Assembly: GCA_037131955.1 (NCBI GenBank) | Contig: JBAXQC010000003.1 | Location: forward strand, 9,928-73,927 | Direction of reading: 5' to 3' | DNA: 64,000 nucleotides | Source: Bacteroidota bacterium | GTDB lineage: Bacteria; Bacteroidota; Bacteroidia; UBA4408 | Shown: positions 1 to 8,380 of the stretch, in pieces | How positions within the stretch are numbered: position 1 is the first letter of the stretch | Layout: each line of letters opens with the position of its first letter | The notes under the pieces: model-generated | Told to the model about the DNA's origin: nothing | The model's input: only the letters and a program-made list of their open reading frames with translations | Databases searched by the model: none | Translations under genes and position numbers: made by a program

Positions 1-303
1 CTGGATCTCCTCCTTGAATCATAAATTCTTTTATTACTCTATGAAACATAAGGCTATCAAAATATTTATTCCTTGCCAGTTTCATAAAGTTATCTCTATG
101 TTTTGGGGTTTCGTTGTAGAGCCGTACTAAAATATTTCCTAAATCAGTCCTTATTTCAACAATACTATCGCTCGATAAAATTTTATAAGGTTCAATTGCG
201 TTTGTTGGTTTTGCTGTTGCAAACGGATTTGTTTTTTTTTCCTGAGAAATGCCTACAAAACTGCTGACTAAGATTATACTGAGCAATAAAAATTTCTTTT
301 TCA
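1..303 (-). CDS. peptidyl-prolyl cis-trans isomerase, cyclophilin type (N-terminal part; gene runs off the left edge)
   Basis: Own translation of the minus strand from ATG at 303: MKKKFLLLSIILVSSFVGISQEKK (signal peptide) ... LYNETPKHRDNFMKLARNKYFDSLMFHRVIKEFMIQGGDP. FHRVI..FMIQGGDP is the cyclophilin signature. Absent from the ORF track because there is no stop in the window. Confidence 0.8.
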
Positions 304-356
304 TGTTATTTATTAAAATCTATCTATTATTTTTACCAATCTTAAAGAAAAAAAAT

Positions 357-364
357 TAAGTTTG
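357..364 (+). promoter_or_regulatory. candidate Bacteroidota -7 promoter box (TAAGTTTG)
   Basis: Matches TAnnTTTG, 11 nt upstream of ATG 376. Leader would be very short. Confidence 0.3.
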
Positions 365-375
365 CAAAATTAAAT

Positions 376-717
376 ATGAGAAAAGTTTTATTCCTTTTAA
401 CTGTTTTGTGTTTTGGAGTTCTAGTGTCTTCTAGTTCTTGTGGCAAAAAGTCGGATCCTAAAGTAGAAATTACTGTTGTGGATTCACTTAATAAAGCAAT
501 ACAAGGTGCTAAGGTAAGAATTACTTCAAAAACATATAATGCTTCTAGTATAATTGATCAAAATGCAACTACTGATATAAAAGGCAAAGCTTATTTCACA
601 TTTAAGCTAGAAGCAATTTTAGAGGTAATTGCTTCAGGAAAGAACAACAAAATAGGTAGAGATTACATTCAACTTGAAATTGGAAAAACTACCGAAAAAA
701 CTATTACAATAAAATAG
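376..717 (+). CDS. small lipoprotein, hypothetical (beta-sandwich / carboxypeptidase-regulatory-like feel)
   Basis: Signal peptide plus lipobox-like LVSSSSCGKK. VEITVVDSLNKAIQGAKVRITS pattern. No specific family recognised. Confidence 0.5.
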   Translation: MRKVLFLLTVLCFGVLVSSSSCGKKSDPKVEITVVDSLNKAIQGAKVRITSKTYNASSIIDQNATTDIKGKAYFTFKLEAILEVIASGKNNKIGRDYIQLEIGKTTEKTITIK

Positions 718-719
718 AT

Positions 720-1067
720 TTATTCTTTTTCGAAGTAATCTACTATTGCTTCTCTAATAAATTTGCTTTGTTGCAAGGGAGCTAAAAAGGGCAATTTTTC
801 AGTGGCTTCAAAATGTGGCCATCCTTCTTCGTCTCTTCCAATAAATTTGTAGAACCCATATTGCATTAAAAGTGTGCACACTGCAACATGCATAATTTCT
901 ATTTTTTGATCTTTAGAAAATTTTTTTTTAATTTTTCCTAATTCTTGCACTCCTATTAAGAATAGAACCACTGTAATATCAGGTTTCTCTCCAAACTTCT
1001 CTTCAATAAACTTTAAAACGTTATTCCATCGTAACTCAAAGTTTTTATCAATCTTTTCTATTTCCAA
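720..1067 (-). CDS. hypothetical protein (115 aa)
   Basis: Clean ORF with typical composition. ORF-track start is TTG (plus strand caa at 1065-1067). Family not recognised. Confidence 0.45.
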   Translation of the reverse strand: MEIEKIDKNFELRWNNVLKFIEEKFGEKPDITVVLFLIGVQELGKIKKKFSKDQKIEIMHVAVCTLLMQYGFYKFIGRDEEGWPHFEATEKLPFLAPLQQSKFIREAIVDYFEKE

Positions 1068-1108
1068 TTATATAATTAGTTTAAATGAATAACATCTTAT
1101 TTTAAATG

Positions 1109-1116
1109 CAAATATA
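1109..1116 (-). promoter_or_regulatory. candidate -7 promoter box (TATATTTG on minus strand)
   Basis: Plus strand caaatata is TATATTTG on minus, 41 nt upstream of start 1067. Confidence 0.35.
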
Positions 1117-1295
1117 AAAGGTATTATCTAGATAAAAGGCTTTCTATTTTATTATCTCTCAACGTCATTGTGGAAATTGGGCAAGGGGATAAGGCTTTGC
1201 AATTATCCGCAATCTGGTTTTATAGTAAATAAAAGAAGTTGTTTATTTTGAAACCCGCACATCTTAAAAACATATAAAAAGTAACTTTCTATAAT

Positions 1296-1332
1296 AAAAA
1301 AGCCCCGTACAATTATTGTACGGGGCTTTTTG
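1296..1332 (-). terminator. intrinsic terminator downstream of the 957-aa gene
   Basis: Perfect 10-bp stem agccccgtac (1301-1310) / gtacggggct (1318-1327), 7-nt loop, flanked by an A-run and a T-run, so it works in either direction. Sits 25 nt past stop 1356. Confidence 0.75.
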
Positions 1333-1355
1333 CTATTCTTTTAATGGTTAAAACT

Positions 1356-4229
1356 TTAGTTTTTAGTTTTAATAATTCTCTTTGTAATTACTTCTTTATC
1401 AGAAACTACTTGAACAAAATAAACACCATTAGATTGATTACTTAAGTCAATTGTAGTAGTGCCGTTTGCATAATTTCTCAAGTTATTTGAGTATACTGTT
1501 TGTCCACTTAAATTAATAACTTTTACAACTGCATTGTTCAATTGTAAATTTTCAATTTTTAAAGAAATGATTCCGTTTGTTGGATTAGGGAATACACTTA
1601 CAGAATTTGTAACAGCATTTTCTTTAAGAGCGGTGAAGCTAGGAACTGTAAAGGTGAATGAAGCAGTACAATTGTTGGCATCAGTAACAGTTACAGTGTA
1701 ATTTCCGGCAAGAAGATTTGTAGCAGAATTTGTAGTTTGAGCCGGAGTTGTGTTCCATGAGTATGAAAATCCTCCTGCGCCACCTTCAACAACAACTGTT
1801 GCAGAACCATCAGGATTGGAAGTACTGTTGTTGCCAGTTACTGTTGAACTTCCTAAAGTTATTGCAGAAGCATTTCCCACAGAAACAGTTTGAGTAGAGC
1901 TACAGCCTTCAGCATCTGTAACAGTTACAATGTAATCGCCGGGAAGTAAGTTTGTGGCAGTTGCAGTAGTTTGAACAGGTGTTGTGTTCCAGCTGTAAGT
2001 GTAAGGAGCAGTACCCCCTGTTGGTGCAGAAGTAGCAGTTCCGGTAGCAGTTCCACTACACAAAGCCGCTGTTGCTGTTGCATTAGGTGAATTTCCATTT
2101 AATGATGTAACATTTACGGTGTAAGGTATAGTGCATCCAGTTGAACTAACTATTGTACAAATATAAGCGCCTGCAGCAAGTCCTGTTGCAGTAGCTGTGG
2201 TTTGGGCTGGGGTAGTATTCCATGAATAAGATTGGGGTGCTGGTTCTATTGTTACGGTTGCAGAACCATCGGGTACCAAGCAAGAACTTGATTGTGTGCT
2301 TGAAGATTGAGCAGATGTAACACCTAAGCTTCCACCAACAGTAAATGGAAATGCGGTGCTGCATCCGTTGTTATCGTAAATTGTAACAGTATGGTTTCCT
2401 GCTGAAAAACCAGAAAAAGTATTGGTACTATTTACAGCATTATCCCAAGAATAACAATAGTTTGATGGATTAGAAATGTTTAATGTAGCAGAACCAACAC
2501 CAGTGTTACATACATCATTAACAGTGGTAACGTCTCCTGTTACTACTGGGCAAGAGAAAGCAGAAATATTAAATTGACTTTCTGTGAACTCAATACCTTT
2601 TAAATAATAGTGAGAAATTGCACCAGTGCCATCATCACCGGCCACACGAGAATCTGCAATTGTAGATGGTACTATATAGGTAGTATCATTTTGCAGAACT
2701 ATATTGGAAGAAAAATACCAATAGTTTTTACCTGCATTTACAAGATCACTGGAAGTAAAGTTAACAATTGGAGTTAGTTTTTTGCTTGAAACATCATAAG
2801 CTCTGCCAATAACATCTGGGAAAAGATTTTCTGTAACACTACCCCAAACAGCAGGATCAGTGTCTATCCAAGAATAAAATACTTTAGAACCATCGGTTGT
2901 TCTTCCCATCTGTAATCTTGCATCCCAACCAATTCCACCATTATTTGTCCATATAGAATTGGCCGCAACAACATCGGAAGTTTTTAGTGAATCAATATGG
3001 ATTGCACTCCAAGAGCCACAAGGCGAAGTAACAACATCAAATAAATGAATAGGGAAATTCCAAGAATAATCAATTGAATCTACATCCTCAGAACTTGCAC
3101 TTAAAACGGCAGAAAACAAGTGTAGGTTGTTAAATTCATCAACAACAGCATCAATGCCATGAGTTTGAGTAAAGAAAGGTCTTTTAGTTCCTGCGTTAGT
3201 AGCTCTGAGGTAATCTGTTAAACCAGTTAAATTTCTAAAATCGTAAATTGGCATTAAACTCCAGGTTGTACCGGCATTAGTAGTAGTATAAACAATTGGT
3301 TGGTAAGAATTAAATGAACTGGTTGCATCTTCTCCAATGTATATATAATAACCAACTTGTCCGTCTTCAGACCAAGCTGTTGTAGAAGTTGTATAGGTTC
3401 TTGGAGTGTTGTCCACAGGGTCTAATTTAAAGTTATGTGGGAAAGCTCTAGTTGTCCAGTCAAAAGCATTTGCTGTAGAATTAAAAGTACCAATATTTAA
3501 AACTCCCTTCTGGAAACCTTGATCAACAGCGGTAGTGCCATTAACATTTGTATATTCTGCGGAAGTAACATAAACTTTTCCGTTAGATGTAGATTGAATG
3601 TTTGTTCTTGCAAAATCAAATTTTTGTTCAAGTGTTGTTAAATTATCCTGAACTACAACATTGCCGTTACTACCATTAATTCTTACCGAACCAAAGTAGT
3701 TTCCTTGCCAATCGGCACCAGGATGCCACGGTCCACTGGCAACAACAAAAGCATTAAGAGGGTTTGTGTTTCCTTCAGGATTGTAGATTGCTCCAGAAGG
3801 GTAACGGCAAAATGGATTATCCAAACTAACTACTGCTAAAGTTGTATCAAAAGAAGCACCCATGTTAGTAGAGAAAGATGTTTGCACGTACCCTACGTCT
3901 CCAGGGTCTCCTGCATTTCTTCTTCTGGTTAATGTGATTAAACCCAAATCTTGGTTAGCATAAACAGAGTTTTGCATACCAAAAATGGAGGTAAATAAAT
4001 TAGGTGAGCTTCCGGCGTTAATTCTTAAAACTGGCCCTGAAGCAGCTACAAATTGGTTTGGTGTTTGGTTAGGTGCCAAATTGTAGTTTGGCATAGAAAA
4101 TTGTTGACCGTCTAAAAAGTTTTTATTTTTTTGAAGTTTGTCAATTTTTCTTACACCGTGGTAAGGATTGGTTGCGTTTATTTTTAAAAATGCCCCCAAA
4201 GCCAAAGTAAGCAGTAATGTTTTTCTCAT
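1356..4229 (-). CDS. T9SS-secreted multidomain protein: Asp-box/BNR-like N-terminal region, four SprB-type repeats, T9SS C-terminal sorting domain
   Basis: Signal peptide MRKTLLLTLALGAFLKINA. Asp-box-like motifs (TTNAGTTWS, RTTDGSKVFYSW, SEDGQVGY). Repeats carry YSWNTTPAQTT..A.NL..G.Y.VTVTDA.GC. C-terminus VFPNPTNGIISLKI...GVYFVQVVSDKEVITKRIIK is a typical T9SS CTD. Confidence 0.8.
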   Translation of the reverse strand: MRKTLLLTLALGAFLKINATNPYHGVRKIDKLQKNKNFLDGQQFSMPNYNLAPNQTPNQFVAASGPVLRINAGSSPNLFTSIFGMQNSVYANQDLGLITLTRRRNAGDPGDVGYVQTSFSTNMGASFDTTLAVVSLDNPFCRYPSGAIYNPEGNTNPLNAFVVASGPWHPGADWQGNYFGSVRINGSNGNVVVQDNLTTLEQKFDFARTNIQSTSNGKVYVTSAEYTNVNGTTAVDQGFQKGVLNIGTFNSTANAFDWTTRAFPHNFKLDPVDNTPRTYTTSTTAWSEDGQVGYYIYIGEDATSSFNSYQPIVYTTTNAGTTWSLMPIYDFRNLTGLTDYLRATNAGTKRPFFTQTHGIDAVVDEFNNLHLFSAVLSASSEDVDSIDYSWNFPIHLFDVVTSPCGSWSAIHIDSLKTSDVVAANSIWTNNGGIGWDARLQMGRTTDGSKVFYSWIDTDPAVWGSVTENLFPDVIGRAYDVSSKKLTPIVNFTSSDLVNAGKNYWYFSSNIVLQNDTTYIVPSTIADSRVAGDDGTGAISHYYLKGIEFTESQFNISAFSCPVVTGDVTTVNDVCNTGVGSATLNISNPSNYCYSWDNAVNSTNTFSGFSAGNHTVTIYDNNGCSTAFPFTVGGSLGVTSAQSSSTQSSSCLVPDGSATVTIEPAPQSYSWNTTPAQTTATATGLAAGAYICTIVSSTGCTIPYTVNVTSLNGNSPNATATAALCSGTATGTATSAPTGGTAPYTYSWNTTPVQTTATATNLLPGDYIVTVTDAEGCSSTQTVSVGNASAITLGSSTVTGNNSTSNPDGSATVVVEGGAGGFSYSWNTTPAQTTNSATNLLAGNYTVTVTDANNCTASFTFTVPSFTALKENAVTNSVSVFPNPTNGIISLKIENLQLNNAVVKVINLSGQTVYSNNLRNYANGTTTIDLSNQSNGVYFVQVVSDKEVITKRIIKTKN
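1645..2555 (-). repeat. four tandem SprB-like protein repeats (about 65-75 aa each) inside the 957-aa gene
   Basis: Repeated C..GSATV...(Y)SWNTTP.QTT..ATNL..G.Y.VTVTD..GC....F.V blocks in the translated ORF. Boundaries approximate. Confidence 0.6.
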
Positions 4230-4258
4230 AATTTTTCTCTTTTTTTTTGAAATTTTTC

Positions 4259-4266
4259 CAAATATA
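4259..4266 (-). promoter_or_regulatory. candidate -7 promoter box (TATATTTG on minus strand)
   Basis: Plus strand caaatata, 29 nt upstream of ATG 4229. Confidence 0.35.
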
Positions 4267-4328
4267 AAAATTATAATTAAATGTAAATTTATCTTATGCT
4301 TTTTTTATGTTAAATTTTTAGGAGAATT

Positions 4329-6719
4329 TTATATTCTAATTAATCTTTTTGCCTTTTTGGAATTTAAAAACACAAAGTAAATCCCAGGTTTTTCTGAGAT
4401 TAAATCAATTGAGATGTTTTTTTGCGAGCTATTTTGATGTATTTCTTTTACTAAGTTACCAAGAATATCAAAAATTTGAACTTTATTAGAATTGCCTTCA
4501 ATTGAATGTAATTCTAATGTAAATAATCCTTCAGTAGGGTTGGGGTAAATTCTAAAATCGCCTTTATCAATGCCGGGATTTAGTTCAGTGGATGCTAAAT
4601 AATCTTTCATTCCTAAAACATAATCGCCCAAGACCAATGAATCTATTCTTATGCTTCCTAATTTGTCGTTTGTGTTGCCCATAACTTTTGAGTATTTAGG
4701 GAAAATTTCCCAATCCATTGATGGATCTTTTCTAAAGAATAAAAATAAACTGTCTTCACTATCATTGATAAGTAAATGATCTAAGTATTGATTCCCAGAA
4801 AATCCATTAGACCTTCCGTCGTAGGAGAAGGCAGCTGTGCCCGTGTAATTGCTATTTAAAATTCCTTCTATAGTAAAATACCTCTGAGGAGACAATCTGT
4901 ATGGCTTTTGATTTTTAAATCCATCGGGGGCGGTATAATGGTGGACCACTCTGATAAGTGCGGAGTCTGCAATATTTGTTGTGTTTACAGTAATTTGAGC
5001 CGGTTGAAAAGATTTAGAACCGTTTGATTTTATGGTATTTGTTACAGCAATAGCTGCTAAACCAATTTTTTCATTTTCGTTTATAAAAATTACTTTAGGA
5101 AATACAGTACTTGTAATTGTTGCTGATGAATTTTGAGATGAAACATTAACTGTGATTTTTTCTCTGTTCCAATTTTCATCCACTAATGTTAGTTCAATGG
5201 GGAATGAACTGTAATAGGTATTGGTTCCTTTGAGCTTTTGTTTGAAGTAAACTTTTGTTTGAATATTTGCAGGCATGTTGGTTTCAACTCTAAACGAATC
5301 AATTGTTGCATCTACAAATCCACCTTTAAAAACCCAATCGCTAAAAAAGGCAGTTAAATTTTGTCCGGAATATTGCTGTAAAAAATCGCGTAAATCTTCA
5401 GATGAGCAGGCAGTAAATTTTTTTTCTTGTAAGTAGTTTCTTATTCCGTTAAAAAACAAACTGTCTCCCAAAAAACCTCTTAAAGAATTGGCAACATCTT
5501 CACCTTTCATATAGGTATGTTCTCCATATGTATATTGGTGTGGAACTCCGCTAACAGGAAAATATTCTCCCTCCTTGTAATTAGAAAAATGCAGCACTTG
5601 GTCTCTGTTTTCTTTTATTGCATTTTCAAACGCTTGTCTAGAGTATTTGTTTTCTGTAAATAATTCAGAGCAGTAGCTGGCAAATCCTTCGTTTAGCCAC
5701 ATGTCTTCGTGAGTTTTGCAAGTAACTAAATCACCAAACCACATGTGCGAGAGTTCATGTGCCATCAGGGGTGCTTCGTAAGTTGTTTGTCCGTTTATAA
5801 AACCTCGTGGATAGGCAATGTTTGTTACATGTTCCATAGCACCAGCTGTAAACGGAACTATAACGTATCCAACTCTTGGAAATTGATGTGCCCCAAATTT
5901 ACCTTCAAAAATATCAAAGCAATCTTCAAGATTTATAAAAGAACCATTTACTAAATTGGTATCGTTTGGCAGAGCGCCTATTTGGACCAATATTTGGCCA
6001 TTAAGCCCCGAAAAAGTTTTTTGAATAGTGGCATAAGAGCCCACAGCAACTGATACTAGATAGCTGGGAACAGTTTCCTCTAAATTCCATTTCCAGGTAA
6101 TTGTGCCATTGTTGTTTTGAATGGTGTCTGTGAGTAATCCACCGCAGAATGCTTTGTGGTTACCAAGAGTAGTAATGTTTGTTTTTACTGAAAATCTTTC
6201 TGTAAAATTATCAAAGCATGGGAACCATATTCTTCCATAATTATGAGGATTAGCAATAAAAGCAACGCCAATATTGTAGGCTATATTATTCTGAAAATAG
6301 AAGCCACCAAAACCATTTGGCTCAACTCCCGGTGCACCATGATAATATACAGTTACGCTAGTTTCTTGCTGCAAATTAAATGTTTGATTTAAATTTATTT
6401 TTAATAAAGTATCGTTGTATATAAAACTAAGATTTTGCCCATTGAAATTTACGATGGAATCTACAGTCATACTTAATAAATCTAAATTTATTTTATTTAT
6501 TCCGTTAACTTTTGGTATAAAAGTAATTTTAGAATTACCTGAAATAATTTTAGTTGTAAAATCTGTAATGTTTAAATTTATTTCGGTGTTTATAATATCA
6601 ATAGAATCGCTACGGTTATCTGTAGGATAGGAATTTTGTGGAGCCAATAATTTCATTTGACCAGCCCATAAAAGATTGCTAAATACAGCAAAAATTATAA
6701 CACTAATTAGATGTTTCAT
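4329..6719 (-). CDS. M1-family zinc aminopeptidase with T9SS C-terminal sorting domain
   Basis: GAMEH (exopeptidase GxMEN-type motif), HELSHMWFGD (HExxH) and downstream WLNEGFASY glutamate. Signal peptide. C-terminus RIYPNPTEGLFTLEL...GIYFVFLNSKKAKRLIRI is a T9SS CTD. Confidence 0.85.
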   Translation of the reverse strand: MKHLISVIIFAVFSNLLWAGQMKLLAPQNSYPTDNRSDSIDIINTEINLNITDFTTKIISGNSKITFIPKVNGINKINLDLLSMTVDSIVNFNGQNLSFIYNDTLLKINLNQTFNLQQETSVTVYYHGAPGVEPNGFGGFYFQNNIAYNIGVAFIANPHNYGRIWFPCFDNFTERFSVKTNITTLGNHKAFCGGLLTDTIQNNNGTITWKWNLEETVPSYLVSVAVGSYATIQKTFSGLNGQILVQIGALPNDTNLVNGSFINLEDCFDIFEGKFGAHQFPRVGYVIVPFTAGAMEHVTNIAYPRGFINGQTTYEAPLMAHELSHMWFGDLVTCKTHEDMWLNEGFASYCSELFTENKYSRQAFENAIKENRDQVLHFSNYKEGEYFPVSGVPHQYTYGEHTYMKGEDVANSLRGFLGDSLFFNGIRNYLQEKKFTACSSEDLRDFLQQYSGQNLTAFFSDWVFKGGFVDATIDSFRVETNMPANIQTKVYFKQKLKGTNTYYSSFPIELTLVDENWNREKITVNVSSQNSSATITSTVFPKVIFINENEKIGLAAIAVTNTIKSNGSKSFQPAQITVNTTNIADSALIRVVHHYTAPDGFKNQKPYRLSPQRYFTIEGILNSNYTGTAAFSYDGRSNGFSGNQYLDHLLINDSEDSLFLFFRKDPSMDWEIFPKYSKVMGNTNDKLGSIRIDSLVLGDYVLGMKDYLASTELNPGIDKGDFRIYPNPTEGLFTLELHSIEGNSNKVQIFDILGNLVKEIHQNSSQKNISIDLISEKPGIYFVFLNSKKAKRLIRI

Positions 6720-6735
6720 ACAATAAAATTTGAAA

Positions 6736-7506
6736 TTACTTTTTCTTACAAATAAAAAAAACGCTACTTGTAAATTTGTGGTTTTTCCTGAATTTAAACC
6801 ATTGAGCAGATTCTGGAAAAGGATAAAATGCAGGTTTTATTGTTTCCAAAACAGTAAATTCTTGTTCAACAATTTTTTTCCAATTGCTGATCTTGTATTT
6901 TTTAATGTCAAAAAAAACTGTTTTGTTTTGGTGGCTGTGTGAGTTTGGAACAAATAGTTCTCTGAATGATATTTTTCCAGTTTTTATGAAAGGAGATAAA
7001 AAAAAGTTTACAAATCTTTGATGAGGTGTAAACAAAGTAGATGTAATTAAATTTATATAAGCCATATGGCTTGTGGGCATTCCAATGATAAGAGTTCCAT
7101 CATTTTTAAGTACCCTTTTCATTTCACGTAAACTTTCTTCTTCGCTATTTACGTGTTCTAAAACATGCGAAGAATAAACGGTATTAAACATTTCTGAGTC
7201 AAAAGGAATTTTTTCGGCAAAAGCTTGTTTAATTGTTACGGAGCCTACATTAAAATTAGAACCTTCTCTGCCCACTCCGTGTCCACCAGGATCTGGATCA
7301 ATTCCAAAAACAGTGCAGCCAATAGATTCTGCTTTTTTCATTGCGTATCCTGCACCACACCCTACGTCTAAAAAATTCCCCTTTTTTATGAATGTTGCAA
7401 TTGCATCCCATTCAATGTCCCTGATTTTTTTTTGATTGGTATTTGTTTCTTCCTTTGATAGAAAGGGCCAATTATAGATTTTAATTAAAGAGTTCTTTAA
7501 ACCCAT
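6736..7506 (-). CDS. class I SAM-dependent methyltransferase
   Basis: Motif I FLDVGCGAGYA, followed by a VLEHV / LKNDGTLII layout of the Methyltransf_11 type. Confidence 0.75.
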   Translation of the reverse strand: MGLKNSLIKIYNWPFLSKEETNTNQKKIRDIEWDAIATFIKKGNFLDVGCGAGYAMKKAESIGCTVFGIDPDPGGHGVGREGSNFNVGSVTIKQAFAEKIPFDSEMFNTVYSSHVLEHVNSEEESLREMKRVLKNDGTLIIGMPTSHMAYINLITSTLFTPHQRFVNFFLSPFIKTGKISFRELFVPNSHSHQNKTVFFDIKKYKISNWKKIVEQEFTVLETIKPAFYPFPESAQWFKFRKNHKFTSSVFFICKKK

Positions 7507-7538
7507 ACCTGTAATTTGTTGATTTTTGCAAATATAAT

Positions 7539-8369
7539 TTAATAAACATCTTGCTTACTCCATGCCTCAGGAATAATATTTAAAGGGAATTCTTTTTTAA
7601 CTTTAAATCCAAGAAAATAATTTGGCACAAATACTTTTTTGTCCTTTCTATCATTTAGCCAAGCTGCCCACCAGCTAAAAGTGCTATTGGCATTTATACA
7701 TACGTGGGCGTTTTGTATAATTTGAAAATCTACAATTGCTGATTCTTCAGAATATATTGCGTTGTTTAAATAAGCGAATTCTTTTTTTACCAATTGAGGC
7801 TCATCACTCATAATTACAATTTTTTTGTTGGAGTCTTTAAATGGAGAAAGTAGTTTGTGATAATATGAAAATGGCAATGAAAGGTCTGGGCCATTCAAAT
7901 AATCGGGTCCAAATGTTTTGTAGTCTTTAAGGCGAATGTGCACACTAATGTAATCGTTTCCTAAGTTTAATTTTGTAATTGCTTTTAAGTATTCATCTCG
8001 GTATGGTTGCTTAATTGTAAATAATTTTTTAAATTCACTTTCGTTATCAAAGAAATATTTTTCGCTTTGGAAATATCCGTAATACCAAATATTTTTTTGT
8101 TTTTCTACCATCATTTTTTCAGAATAGTCTATTCTGTTATCTTGATAATGTTCGAATTTAAATTTGCTTAGTTTTAATTTATTAAGAAGTTTAAATTTTA
8201 AGTACTTGTGTTTATTTTTGGAATAATCTTCGTGTGAAAGTTCAAAAAATTTTAATTTATCAATTTCGCTGAGGCAATAAGGAATATTTTTCTTTTTTGA
8301 GAGCGATCTTGCACAAGCATAAATAAACATCTGATTTCCCATTTGACAATGAGAATGAAATACCAACAT
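7539..8369 (-). CDS. glycosyltransferase family 11 (alpha-1,2-fucosyltransferase-like)
   Basis: GT11 motifs: N-terminal MGNQMFIYA, HIRLKDY, and NSTFSWWAAWL near the C-terminus. Confidence 0.75.
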   Translation of the reverse strand: MLVFHSHCQMGNQMFIYACARSLSKKKNIPYCLSEIDKLKFFELSHEDYSKNKHKYLKFKLLNKLKLSKFKFEHYQDNRIDYSEKMMVEKQKNIWYYGYFQSEKYFFDNESEFKKLFTIKQPYRDEYLKAITKLNLGNDYISVHIRLKDYKTFGPDYLNGPDLSLPFSYYHKLLSPFKDSNKKIVIMSDEPQLVKKEFAYLNNAIYSEESAIVDFQIIQNAHVCINANSTFSWWAAWLNDRKDKKVFVPNYFLGFKVKKEFPLNIIPEAWSKQDVY

Positions 8370-8380
8370 TTAGTAAAATA

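Noticed and set aside
1140-1225. Short hairpin ggataa-N10-ttatcc and surrounding sequence in the 1068-1355 gap, considered as a possible small RNA or tRNA fragment
   Set aside because: The stem is only 6 bp, with no tRNA-like T-arm (GTTCGAATC-type) or other conserved RNA motif. The gap is adequately explained by terminator plus promoter.
2146-2364. 72-aa ORF inside the 957-aa T9SS cargo gene. The same class includes 5745-5954, 6415-6630, 8343-8696, 8919-9134, 14437-14751, 19083-19586, 23273-23470, 25934-26173, 26541-27025, 32490-32918, 35292-35564, 37296-37598, 39091-39665, 42759-43199, 44608-44895, 45637-46005, 47558-48442, 51854-52162, 52530-52898, 54035-54232, 58454-58756, 60719-60949 and 61863-62096.
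   Set aside because: All lie entirely within, mostly antisense to, long ORFs that have clear family motifs. Their translations are low-complexity (F/L/S/I/C-rich), typical of shadow ORFs in AT-rich DNA.
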